From: Nitrosopumilus sp.
GTDB taxonomy: Archaea; Thermoproteota; Nitrososphaeria; Nitrososphaerales; Nitrosopumilaceae
Direction of reading: 5' to 3'
DNA: 64,000 bases
Assembly (NCBI GenBank): GCA_963662625.1
Contig: OY759726.1
Location: 864,001-928,000 of the forward strand
Made by a program: the position numbers and the translations under genes. Positions 18,426 to 27,764 of this stretch are shown one piece after another. The notes under the pieces are model-generated. The model did not search any database and had not been told where the DNA came from. It saw only the letters and a list, made by a program, of their open reading frames with translations. Every line of letters starts with the position of its first letter. Within the stretch, counting starts at the first letter, position 1.

Positions 18426-19433
18426 CTAAATTCTGAATTTGGCGTAGGAATCCTCTTTTGCGGCGGTGGCGCGCACCTCGCTGGCGGCGCCGTCCCCCTT
18501 GACCGTGACAAACGATTCTTCTTCCCCCGGAGCGTCAGAATACCGCAGCGTCACCCCCGCGCCAAACTCGACGTGGGCCCCCGCGTTGTCACCGCGCAGG
18601 ATCGAGACCGGGCCCACGTGGTCGCGCGCCTCCAGCAGTATGTCCCCGCCCAGCGCGATGGCCGCGATCACGTCGTTCTCGCCCTTGTTCCTCCCGACCA
18701 CAAGCTTTGTGCTCTCGTCCAGCCTGAAATGCCTGCCGACCTTCAGCAGGTCGATGTCGTTGATCGTCGGCGTCCCTACATGCTCGAAGAGATCCCTCGT
18801 CCTGGCCCCAAACGCGGGATCGGTCAGCAGGCACCCGCCCCCGGCGTTTGGCGGGTTCTCGATCCCGTACTCCCTCGCCATCTGCAGCTGGGCCCTCCTG
18901 GTCCTCCCCCTTATCATCCCGAGATCCTCCCTCCTGATCAGGCCGTCCTTCTCGGGATCTGTCTTTGGCAGCAGCGCCGCAGACAGCGGCCTGACAATCT
19001 TTCCGACCAACTCCGACTCCTTCTCTATGGTCCTGAGCGCCTGCCTGTGCTGGCTCATGGGCCTCTGCCCCAGGACCTCGCCCGAGATGACGAACTCCGC
19101 GCCGATCTCCTCCATGCGCTTCTTTGCGGCGTCGAACATCATCGCCCTGCAATCGATGCACGGGTTGAACCCCGCGCCGCGCCCGTACTTCGGGCTCTTC
19201 AGCATCTCGATGTACTCGTCCCCCAAGTAGACCGTCTTCAGGTCCACGTTCAGGTCGTCTGCCCTCTCCCTGATCTCAAAGCCGCAGCCCCTGCCGCAGT
19301 CGAAGTCGCAAAACGGGGTCTTTATCGCCACGGCCGACACGTCAAACCCCCGCTCCTGCATCATCCTCACGGCAAGCTGGCTGTCCAGCCCGCCCGACAG
19401 CAGGGCCACCACCTTCTTCTTTTCTTCTGGCAC
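18426..19433 (-). CDS. ThiI/MnmA-like PP-loop tRNA thiolation protein
   Basis: ALLSGGLDS, NPCIDCR, GEVLGQRPMSQ, AGGGCLLTD, GRHFR. Confidence 0.85.
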   Translation of the reverse strand: MPEEKKKVVALLSGGLDSQLAVRMMQERGFDVSAVAIKTPFCDFDCGRGCGFEIRERADDLNVDLKTVYLGDEYIEMLKSPKYGRGAGFNPCIDCRAMMFDAAKKRMEEIGAEFVISGEVLGQRPMSQHRQALRTIEKESELVGKIVRPLSAALLPKTDPEKDGLIRREDLGMIRGRTRRAQLQMAREYGIENPPNAGGGCLLTDPAFGARTRDLFEHVGTPTINDIDLLKVGRHFRLDESTKLVVGRNKGENDVIAAIALGGDILLEARDHVGPVSILRGDNAGAHVEFGAGVTLRYSDAPGEEESFVTVKGDGAASEVRATAAKEDSYAKFRI

Positions 19434-19504
19434 ATCCCCCCATCCCCGGCCCCGGTATACAAACTTTACATCATACATAAATTTGGAAGGGACGTCCCCT
19501 TCTT

Positions 19505-20569
19505 GTGCAGCGTCGAAGGAAGAACCTACTCGAACTGGCAGGCAGGGCTGGCTGCGACACCCTGGTGGCATTCGAGCCTGAAAACCTGTTCTACATGACC
19601 GGCTTTTGGGGCGAGGCGGCGGGGATCCTGGAAAAAAACGGCAGGGCCTCCATCATTGCGCCGGAGCTCGAGGCCGGCCGGGCCAGGGACGAGTCCAGCG
19701 ACTGCGACGTGGTATCCGCGGAGCGGGGCAGCGGGCTGATCGCGTCCCTTGTAAGGCAGATAAAGGGTTCCATGGCATGCACGGACTGCCAAAACTATTC
19801 CGTGATGAAATCGCTGAAGAAGGCCGTGCCCAAGATCAAGCCAGCGGCGGGCCCGTTCTGCGACGCCAGGATGATAAAGGACGAGGCCGAGATCAGGATC
19901 CTGAGGAAGGCCTCCGGGATCATCGACGAGATGTTTGAACTGTGCGCGGGGAAGATGGCGGCGGGGCAGAGGGAATCCGAGCTGCAGGCGCTCCTCATGG
20001 CATACGCGGCGGGCAGGGGGATGTTTGACACCGGGTACAGGCACACCCTGAACCCGCTGATCGTCGCGGGGGGGCCAAACGGGGCGCTGCCGCACGCCCA
20101 GGTCACCGGCAGGAGGTTCAAAAGGGGGGACCTGGTGGTAGTCGACCTCACCCTGCGTTACAAGGGGTACGTGTCTGACGCGACCAGGACGTTTGCGGTT
20201 GGGGGCGCCTCCCGCCGGGCGAGCGAGGCCTACGAGGCCGTCAGGGAGTCGCAAAAACTCGGCTTGCGGGCCTCCAGGCCGGGGGCGCGCTGCAGCGACG
20301 TCGACCTCGCATGCAGGGGGCTCATCGAAGAGCGGAACTTCGGGGAACGGTTCATCCATTCGACGGGGCACGGGATAGGGCTGGAAGTGCACGAGCGGCC
20401 CGCGGTTTCCCCCAGGAACGGCGCCGCGCTGGAGAGGAACATGGCGATCACCGTGGAGCCCGGGATATACGTTCCGGGCAAATTCGGCGTAAGGATCGAG
20501 GACTCGCTGATCGTGAAAGACAGGCCGCTCGTCATGCACAAGTTTACCAAGGACCTGGTAGCGGTCTAG
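19505..20569 (+). CDS. Xaa-Pro aminopeptidase (M24)
   Basis: YVSDATRT, HSTGHGIGLEVHE, TVEPGIY, GVRIED. Confidence 0.94.
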   Translation: MQRRRKNLLELAGRAGCDTLVAFEPENLFYMTGFWGEAAGILEKNGRASIIAPELEAGRARDESSDCDVVSAERGSGLIASLVRQIKGSMACTDCQNYSVMKSLKKAVPKIKPAAGPFCDARMIKDEAEIRILRKASGIIDEMFELCAGKMAAGQRESELQALLMAYAAGRGMFDTGYRHTLNPLIVAGGPNGALPHAQVTGRRFKRGDLVVVDLTLRYKGYVSDATRTFAVGGASRRASEAYEAVRESQKLGLRASRPGARCSDVDLACRGLIEERNFGERFIHSTGHGIGLEVHERPAVSPRNGAALERNMAITVEPGIYVPGKFGVRIEDSLIVKDRPLVMHKFTKDLVAV

Positions 20570-20571
20570 GG

Positions 20572-21072
20572 CTAGTCGTAAAAATCAACCAGGTCGATGA
20601 TGTGGTCCGACTTGGGGTTGTTTCCCTTGACCGACCCGGCACCCACGTCGACGTCCCAGGAGTAGTCCATCTGTCCCTTGTACGACGTGAAGTTCAGCAA
20701 GACCCTGTCCGGCCCGGGACCGGCGGCAAGGACCCGTACGTCCACGCTGGTCTTCTTGTTGTCGTAGATCCTCTCGTCGGGGTACTCCTCGCCTATCTTG
20801 CCCGAGATCGCCTCCGCCACGCTCAGCCCCTTGCCGTTTGGCCCCTTGTAGCCCATCAGGGCGTCCAGGACCCGCCTTTCATCGTCCGTCAGATCGTCGG
20901 GAAAATGGCTTTGAAGGTCGCTTTTTGTCAGCTCCGGGACTACGAAGACGACCGCTATGGTCACTGCCGCAAGGTAGAACGGGGCCCTCTTCTTGGCGAA
21001 TTTTTTGAACCCCGACTCCCTCGGCCTGTCTTCCTTCCTCGGCCTGCCTTCCTTCCTCGATCCCCTTCCCAT
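20572..21072 (-). CDS. Hypothetical single-TM protein
   Basis: Basic N-terminus, one TM segment, soluble domain; collinear with neighbours. Confidence 0.7.
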   Translation of the reverse strand: MGRGSRKEGRPRKEDRPRESGFKKFAKKRAPFYLAAVTIAVVFVVPELTKSDLQSHFPDDLTDDERRVLDALMGYKGPNGKGLSVAEAISGKIGEEYPDERIYDNKKTSVDVRVLAAGPGPDRVLLNFTSYKGQMDYSWDVDVGAGSVKGNNPKSDHIIDLVDFYD

Positions 21073-21082
21073 TTCCCTGACC

Positions 21083-21922
21083 TTATCTTCTTGCAGTCAA
21101 AATTAAAACTTCCCAGGGAAACTCGACAACCCCGTTCCTCCCAGTGTACGGCCTGGTGGCGTCCGCGATCCTTTCCTTCAGCCGCCTGCACTCCGCCCTG
21201 CCCAGCGCCCTCAGTTTCTCCTTTTCCGGCCCCGTGGCATACCTCCTGTAGTTCCTCCAGTACTCCTCAAACGTCCCGGGGCTGTACCTGAACACAAATC
21301 CCCTCACCGAAATCCCGGAAAACCCGGCGTCCCCCACCACCTTCCTCAGGGCCGGCTTGGATCCATACCTGTCAAGCTGCGGCGTGCCCGGGGGGACATA
21401 GTCCGGGATGAATTCCTTCACCGCCTCCAGGATGTTGACGTAGAACGGGACCCCGTGCCCGTGGACCGTTATGCCCAGCCTGCCGGATCTCCTGAGGCTG
21501 TTTCTCATGTTCCCGAGGGCCCTTGTCGCGTTGGGGAAGAAAAACAGCCCGTATTGGCACGTAACCGCATCGAATTTTCCAGCAAAGCCCAGCCTCTCCG
21601 CATCCGCGTTTATGAAGTGCACGTTCGGGCGCTTGGCGTTCCACCCCCTCGCTATCCTGATCGCCGTGGCAGACATGTCGGCCCCAACAACCATGCCCGC
21701 GTCGCCCACCTTCCGGGAGATCTTTTTCGTGACGACCCCCGTCCCGCACGCTACATCCAGCACCCTGTCCCCCTCCTTTATTCCTGCCAGTTCGACGAGC
21801 TTCTCCGTGCTCTGGAACGGGCCTATGTCGCCGCTTGCCCACCTCCTGTGGTAGCGCGGGGCGACCTCGTTCCACGCCCTGATGTTCCTTTTCTTGTATT
21901 CTGACGCGTTAATTCTTGCCAA
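21083..21922 (-). CDS. Class I SAM-dependent methyltransferase (UbiE-like)
   Basis: VLDVACGTG, GADMS, ADAE, FDAVTCQYGLFFF. Confidence 0.88.
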   Translation of the reverse strand: MARINASEYKKRNIRAWNEVAPRYHRRWASGDIGPFQSTEKLVELAGIKEGDRVLDVACGTGVVTKKISRKVGDAGMVVGADMSATAIRIARGWNAKRPNVHFINADAERLGFAGKFDAVTCQYGLFFFPNATRALGNMRNSLRRSGRLGITVHGHGVPFYVNILEAVKEFIPDYVPPGTPQLDRYGSKPALRKVVGDAGFSGISVRGFVFRYSPGTFEEYWRNYRRYATGPEKEKLRALGRAECRRLKERIADATRPYTGRNGVVEFPWEVLILTARR

Positions 21923-22094
21923 TCCCGCCCGGATCCCCCAAGTCCGCCTCCAGCGACCTTCCCGTCTCGTGAAAATACCTGCGCTCGATCTCCCCCCGCC
22001 TTTCTGCCAGTCCCGGGGAGCCGGAGTTCCTTTTCTGTTTCCTGACAACCTCCCTGTACACTCCAACCAGCCGCCGCAACTCTGACTTCTTCAT
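21909..22094 (-). CDS. Small hypothetical protein
   Basis: 61 aa; overlaps both coaBC and the methyltransferase; IERRYFHETG. Confidence 0.55.
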   Translation of the reverse strand: MKKSELRRLVGVYREVVRKQKRNSGSPGLAERRGEIERRYFHETGRSLEADLGDPGGIGKN

Positions 22095-23350
22095 TGCAAC
22101 CTTTTCTCAATCTGTTTTATGATGAATTTTGCGACGGCCTCCTTATTTTTTCTTCCGGAGGATGCCACCCGCGCGGAGTCTATTGCGAAGACCTCGTTGT
22201 TGTTCCTGTTCTGCTGGTACCTCTTCCCGACGTCGTTGGCTATGATCATGTCCGCGCCCACCTCGAGCAGCCTTTTTCTTGCCTCCCTCACCAGGGATCC
22301 TTTTGCCACGTCGGCCTCCGCCTTGAATCCCACCAGCAGCGCCTCTTTTTGGGACTTTCTGACGTGCTCGATGATCTTCGGCGCCTTCCTGAACCTGACC
22401 GTAAGGGCCTCCTCGCCGCTCTTGATCTTTTTCCGGCTCGGCTTCTCGGGGGTATAGTCGGAGGCAGCCGCCGCCATGATGACGATGTCGAACCTTTTCT
22501 TCATCTGCAGCCTCACCGCGTCGAGCATCTGCCTGCAGGTCTCGACGCGGATCACCCTTGCGCCCTCCGGGGGCCTTTCGACCCCGGGCCCGTAGACCAT
22601 GGTGACCTTCGCGCCGGCAGAAAGCAGCCCCGCCGCAAGCAGCACTCCGGTCCTGCCGGTGCTCTGGTTCGTGATGATCCTGACGGGATCTATGTGCTCT
22701 ATCGTGGGCCCGGCCGTCATCAGCACCCTCTTGCCTCTTAAGGCCTGCGACAGGCCGAACCTTCCCAGCACGTATTCCAAGACCTCCTCGGGTTCCGGCG
22801 CCTTTGCCTTCCCCTCAGTCACCGACGGCTCCAGAAACTCCGCCTTGCCTCTCAAAAACCCCACGTTCTTCTTCACCGCCGCGTTGTCGTACATCGAGGC
22901 GTGCATGGCCAGGCACGCCAGAATCGGGATCTTGGAGCCAAGGGCGACGGTAAGCACGGTGGAGACGGGCGTGTCGTCGATCCCGTTTGCAAGCTTTCCA
23001 AGCGTGTTTGCGGTGGCCGGATAGACGACCACCAGGTCTGACTGGCCGTAATCGGCAAGCCTGACGTGCTCCAGTCCGCCCGAAAGCCTAGTTATCACGG
23101 CGTTTCCAGTGGCCCACCTGAAGTATTCCGGCCGTATGAGCCTTGTGGCCGCACTGCTAGCGACGCATGTGACGTCCGCCCCGTGCCGCATCAGGAGCCT
23201 TGCCAGCTCGATCGCCTTGTAGGCGGCGACGCTGCCCGACACGCACAAGACTATCCTCTTGCCCGACAGCTCGGTTCCATGCGAGCCCACGATTTCCAGG
23301 GACGGGTGGCCCTTCCCCCCCTCCGGCCTCTTTCTACCCGCCAATTCCAT
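22091..23350 (-). CDS. coaBC: Phosphopantothenoylcysteine decarboxylase/synthetase
   Basis: GSVAAYKA, PATANTLGKLANGIDD, TAGPTIEHIDPVR, AAAASDY, VGFKAE. Confidence 0.96.
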   Translation of the reverse strand: MELAGRKRPEGGKGHPSLEIVGSHGTELSGKRIVLCVSGSVAAYKAIELARLLMRHGADVTCVASSAATRLIRPEYFRWATGNAVITRLSGGLEHVRLADYGQSDLVVVYPATANTLGKLANGIDDTPVSTVLTVALGSKIPILACLAMHASMYDNAAVKKNVGFLRGKAEFLEPSVTEGKAKAPEPEEVLEYVLGRFGLSQALRGKRVLMTAGPTIEHIDPVRIITNQSTGRTGVLLAAGLLSAGAKVTMVYGPGVERPPEGARVIRVETCRQMLDAVRLQMKKRFDIVIMAAAASDYTPEKPSRKKIKSGEEALTVRFRKAPKIIEHVRKSQKEALLVGFKAEADVAKGSLVREARKRLLEVGADMIIANDVGKRYQQNRNNNEVFAIDSARVASSGRKNKEAVAKFIIKQIEKRLQ

Positions 23351-24170
23351 CTCTCAGCTTCTTCAGTTCCGGCCCGTCCATCGAGAACCGGTTCTCCTCT
23401 GCCGGGAACGCGCCCGACTCGACGTCCGCCCTGTACTCTCCCAGGGCCTTGACGATGTCCTCGGCCAGGTTCATGTACCTCTTTGCAAACTTTGGCCTTA
23501 TCCTGTCATACATTCCGAGCAGGTCCTGGACAACCAGCACCTGGCCGTCGCAGCCGGAGCCGGAGCCGATCCCGATCGTCGGAACGCTCACGGCCCCTGA
23601 GATGATCTCGGCAACCTCGTGGACCACCATCTCCAGCACGATGCTGAAAGCACCCGCCTCCTCGAGGCTCTTCGCGTCCCGGATTAGCCTCGCCGCGGAG
23701 GCCTCCGTCTTGCCCTGCACCCTGTATCCCTGCGACAGCATCGTGGTCTGCGGCTGCAGGCCGATGTGCCCCATGACCGGTATCCCCACGTCCACTATCG
23801 CCTTGGCCGTGGCCGCCGCCGGGGTTCCGCCCTCCAGCTTCACCGCGTCCGCCCCCGCAGTCACGAGGCGCCCCGCGTTTCTGATGGCGTCATCGGCACT
23901 TGCCTGGTACGACATGAACGGCATGTCCGCAACAAGCAGCGAGCCACTCCTTGCGTTGCGCACCGCTTCGGTAAACACGCACATCTGTTCCATCGTCACG
24001 GGGATCGTGTCCTCGTAGCCAAGCATGACCATGCCCGCGCTGTCTCCCACCAGCAGGATGTCGATCCCCGCCCGGTCGCACAGCGAGGCCATGGTGTAGT
24101 CGTAGCTGGTGACGACGGAGATCTTCCTTGACTCCTTCATGTTTACGATGTCCTGGACCGACTTATGCAA
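23334..24170 (-). CDS. panB: 3-methyl-2-oxobutanoate hydroxymethyltransferase
   Basis: LLVGDSAGM, ADMPFMSY, VKLEGG, GHIGLQPQ, GIGSG..CDGQVLV. Confidence 0.96.
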   Translation of the reverse strand: MHKSVQDIVNMKESRKISVVTSYDYTMASLCDRAGIDILLVGDSAGMVMLGYEDTIPVTMEQMCVFTEAVRNARSGSLLVADMPFMSYQASADDAIRNAGRLVTAGADAVKLEGGTPAAATAKAIVDVGIPVMGHIGLQPQTTMLSQGYRVQGKTEASAARLIRDAKSLEEAGAFSIVLEMVVHEVAEIISGAVSVPTIGIGSGSGCDGQVLVVQDLLGMYDRIRPKFAKRYMNLAEDIVKALGEYRADVESGAFPAEENRFSMDGPELKKLRDGIGG

Positions 24171-24927
24171 CACGCGCCCTCCCCGTAAGGTGGTCCCTAA
24201 TCTCCAGTACGGAGTCAGAGAGGTTTTTCTTGTTGTCAAAGCCGCCCACGATCCTTTCAAGCTGCCCCGGCCCCCTCCCGGCCAGCCTTTGGCAGGACTC
24301 GGTCAGCAGGCGCATTGCCCGGGTCACGTTGTCCACGATCGTGATGTCGGCAGCCCGCGCCGTCCTAGACAGCGGGTTCAGGTCAAACGCAATCACCTTC
24401 TTGCCCGCACCCCTCAGGGCAGCCGTCCGGTCCCCGTCTTCCAGCGGCACGACCACCACGTCTGCCGCAAAGATCCCCTCCGCGTCCACCGTGCGCCTCG
24501 CAGAGTCGGTCCCCGAGAGGCGCCTGGATCTCCTGCCGCTAGTGCCCAGCACCTGCCCCGCGCCGCTCCCCTTCAGCGCCCTCGCGATCGCCCGCCTCCT
24601 TTTTTCATCAGCGTAAAACAGGTTCACCTCGATCTTTGCCCCCGAGGCATCTCCCAGGCCCACGACTTCGTCCGGGCACAGCGCCGCCACGTTGCCGTTC
24701 ACCGAAATCACCGGCCTGCCTGCCAGTAGGAGCTGGGCAGCGGCCGCCCTTATCGCCCTCCTTGCAGGCCTGCCGGTCTTTTCGCCTAGGAGGTAGTCAA
24801 ACGCCTCCCCCCTTCCCTCTGCCAGCAGCCCCTCCGCTGCCACCAGCCCGCGCTCAAACCCGGAAACCAGCCTCTCCCTGACTTGGAGGGATTTTGCCCT
24901 GGGATGTGACTCCGGAATCAGCGCCAT
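24163..24927 (-). CDS. 4-phosphopantoate--beta-alanine ligase (archaeal PPS)
   Basis: IPESHPR, GRGEAFDYLLGE, SVNGN, VPLEDGDR, DLNPLSRT. Confidence 0.93.
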   Translation of the reverse strand: MALIPESHPRAKSLQVRERLVSGFERGLVAAEGLLAEGRGEAFDYLLGEKTGRPARRAIRAAAAQLLLAGRPVISVNGNVAALCPDEVVGLGDASGAKIEVNLFYADEKRRRAIARALKGSGAGQVLGTSGRRSRRLSGTDSARRTVDAEGIFAADVVVVPLEDGDRTAALRGAGKKVIAFDLNPLSRTARAADITIVDNVTRAMRLLTESCQRLAGRGPGQLERIVGGFDNKKNLSDSVLEIRDHLTGRARVA

Positions 24928-24933
24928 GGCGGT

Positions 24934-25842
24934 TCAGCCGTGAAGCACCCTCGCGCCGAGCCCGTCTATCTCCGACCTGATCAGCAGTCCGTCCGAATAC
25001 CTCTCCAGAATACCGGCGACTGCGCTTTCTTTCTCCCTTGGAACCATCGAAAACACCGTCTCGCCAAACAACGCAACGCCGCATTTGATCTGACGGGAGG
25101 ACAACGCCCCGACCACTTCTTCCATCCTCGGGGTCATCACCCGGATGCACTTTGCGAATTCCAGCGACATGTCTTGAAAATGCCCGTAGTCCCTTGTCTC
25201 CAGCAGCCTGTTCACCATCCCCTCCCCCACGCCGTTGATCCTCGACAGCCGTTCCTCGATGAACTTGTCCGTGGGGACCGGGGAGAAGCATATCACGCTT
25301 ACTGCCACCGGTTCCGCGTCGATCTTTTCCACCACGCCCGTCCCCGGGGCCCCCGGCTTCACCCTGATCTCGAACCCCCCGTGGTAGGATGCCAAGACAT
25401 CGCCCAGGCCCGTCCTGCATCTTATCTCTGCGTCGTGGGCAATCCGGCCGATCTCTGTCTTATCCAAGTTAGTTCCAAGCGCCCGATCCAACGCGTAGGC
25501 CAATGACAGCGCCACGGCTCCGCTCGACCCCAGGCCAAACCCCACAGGAACCGAGATCTCGTGTCTTATGTCGAAAAACATCCCGCCAAAATCGCCCCTC
25601 TCCAAAAAATCGCCCAGCACCGACTCCGAGACGTCCGTCCTGTCTGCCGGGTACCCGCCCTGCGTGATCTTAAAGCTGCCTTCCCGGCCGGCCCCCGGCA
25701 AGACCCTGACATGCGTCGTCACCCCCTCCTTGATGGAGAACCCGGCGCCCATGGAACCGAAATCTTCCGGCCGCCGCCCGTCGCCGATGTGCGCCTTGAA
25801 GAAGCCCGTTATGTGGGCCGGGCAGAATGCGGAAGCCTCCAT
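24934..25842 (-). CDS. Pantoate kinase (GHMP family)
   Basis: AFCPAHITGFF, GSMGAG, PVGFGLGSSGA, AEI...TGLGDV; in the CoA cluster. Confidence 0.9.
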   Translation of the reverse strand: MEASAFCPAHITGFFKAHIGDGRRPEDFGSMGAGFSIKEGVTTHVRVLPGAGREGSFKITQGGYPADRTDVSESVLGDFLERGDFGGMFFDIRHEISVPVGFGLGSSGAVALSLAYALDRALGTNLDKTEIGRIAHDAEIRCRTGLGDVLASYHGGFEIRVKPGAPGTGVVEKIDAEPVAVSVICFSPVPTDKFIEERLSRINGVGEGMVNRLLETRDYGHFQDMSLEFAKCIRVMTPRMEEVVGALSSRQIKCGVALFGETVFSMVPREKESAVAGILERYSDGLLIRSEIDGLGARVLHG

Positions 25843-25907
25843 TGCTCTAAGTTTAAATTCAACATAAAATATAAGAATATGGCTTAAATTAATTATATTG
25901 ATATAAA

Positions 25908-26891
25908 TTGCCTAAATTTGTTCGGCGCCTGCAGAGGATCGGAAGCAGCATGCTGGTATCGCTCCCGAAGGAATGGGTCGACGCGCACAACCTTGAAAAA
26001 AGCAGTCAGGTGGAACTGGAAACGGGGCAGGACAGCATATCCATCTCGGTCAGCAAGGATCTCCGCCCGACAAAGGAGCTCACGATCACATACCCGCTCC
26101 CCTTGGAAGAGAACATCGTGGCAGACATCACCGGCGCCTACCTGCTGGGGTATGACGCCATCCTGATCAATTCCAAGTCCACCCTGCCCGCGGAAGACAG
26201 GGAAAAGATCCGCAACTCGATGAGGCGCCTGGTGGGGATGGAGATCGTCGAAGAGGACTCTTTTCACATCACCATGCAGTTTCTCCTGGACGCCACGACG
26301 CTGAATCCCGAGAAAATCCTCAAGCGGATGAGCTCGATCTCCCTGGGCATGTACGACGACATCGTGAGCGGCCTGGTGGCAGACGACAGATCCAACCTGC
26401 AGACGCTGCCAAAGCGGGACGTGGAGGTCAACCGGCAGTATTTCCTGCTGGTCAGGCTGATACGCAGCACGCTCATCGACAAGAACTTGGCAAACGCGTT
26501 CAACCTGGAAAACATCGACATACTGGACTACCGGGTTGCCGCGAACCTGCTGGAGAACGCCGGCGACGCCATCGTCGAGCTTGCCAACCACCTGTATGCG
26601 TCAACGCTGTCAAACGACCACTCGGCCAAAATCCTCGACTTGGTCAGGAACTTCAACAGCCTGGCTGAGAAGTCGATCCGCGCGTTTACCACGCCCGACA
26701 GGCGCCTCGCAATCGAGGCGATATCGATGCACAGGGAGTACCAGGAAAGGCTCACGTCGTTCAGGACAAGCATGGCCAACAGGAAACACGTGCCGATCGA
26801 CGTCCTCGACCTAGTTTACATGTTCGAGAGGATTGCAAAGTCTTGGGCGGACGTGGCCGACCTCGTAAAGCCCATCTATAACGACGGCTAG
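25908..26891 (+). CDS. AbrB-PhoU family regulator
   Basis: RRLQRIGSSMLVSLPKEWV, AYLLGYD, GMEIVEE, LENAGD, FERIA. Confidence 0.88.
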   Translation: MPKFVRRLQRIGSSMLVSLPKEWVDAHNLEKSSQVELETGQDSISISVSKDLRPTKELTITYPLPLEENIVADITGAYLLGYDAILINSKSTLPAEDREKIRNSMRRLVGMEIVEEDSFHITMQFLLDATTLNPEKILKRMSSISLGMYDDIVSGLVADDRSNLQTLPKRDVEVNRQYFLLVRLIRSTLIDKNLANAFNLENIDILDYRVAANLLENAGDAIVELANHLYASTLSNDHSAKILDLVRNFNSLAEKSIRAFTTPDRRLAIEAISMHREYQERLTSFRTSMANRKHVPIDVLDLVYMFERIAKSWADVADLVKPIYNDG

Positions 26892-27403
26892 CAGAGCTTC
26901 TTTCTTACTGCGTACGTGAGCACCGCGCAGATGGTCTTGGAATCCTGCACCTTCCCCTTTTTGATCATGCGGAGCAGTTTTTTCAGATCTACCTTCACCA
27001 CCGACAGTATCTCGTCGTCATCGAGTTTCAGGCCACCCGCCTTCTTCAACCCGGAGGCCAGGTAGCAGTGGATTGCCTCCGTGTTGTAGCCTATCGAGGG
27101 ATAGTACGTCACCATGTGCGTCATCTTCCTTGCCCTGTAGCCGGTCTCTTCCTCCAGTTCCCTGAAGGCGCACCTTGCAGGATCCTCCCCCCTTTCCAGC
27201 GTCCCCGCGGGAATCTCGAGCACGTACCCGTGGGGGAACCTGTGCTGCCTCACCAGCACGACATTCCCGTCCCCGTCAAGCGCAAGCACCGCGGCGGCCC
27301 CCCTGTGCTCGATCATCTCGCGCCTGACCCTTCTCCCCTCGATCTTCCCCTCATACACGCTGAGGCCCAGGATTTTCCCCTTGTAGATCTTTTTCTTCTT
27401 CAA
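26888..27403 (-). CDS. NUDIX hydrolase (ADP-ribose pyrophosphatase-like)
   Basis: EIPAGTLERGEDPARCAFRELEEETGY Nudix box. Confidence 0.92.
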   Translation of the reverse strand: MKKKKIYKGKILGLSVYEGKIEGRRVRREMIEHRGAAAVLALDGDGNVVLVRQHRFPHGYVLEIPAGTLERGEDPARCAFRELEEETGYRARKMTHMVTYYPSIGYNTEAIHCYLASGLKKAGGLKLDDDEILSVVKVDLKKLLRMIKKGKVQDSKTICAVLTYAVRKKLC

Positions 27404-27764
27404 CGCAACCTGTCACCCGCGTAATCTAATAAGCATATGCGGTAGCGCCCGCCTTTTGATCACCGGCGCACGCAGCGCGCCGGCGCGCGACGGGTGCCGG
27501 CAGGCAAGCGGGGCCCGGACGGCGGGCCCCGGAGGGGGCCATGGCGCGCCGGGGACGCGCTGCGCCGGCGGCCAGACGCGGGCGGCCCCGCGGTGCCGTC
27601 AAGGACCGCCGCGCCGCCGCCAGGGCGGCGGGCACGCAGCCTGCACGCGGCCCCCCGCCATGGAACGCGCGTCTTGGCGCCCGCCGCGCCGCCGGGAACG
27701 GTTCGCCATGTGCCGGCGCCGTTGCACAATTCTCATATACCAAACAGCCTGATCCAAAACCACA

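Noticed and set aside
22091-25842. CoA cluster as a novelty
   Set aside because: PoK/PPS/PanB/CoaBC is the established archaeal pathway
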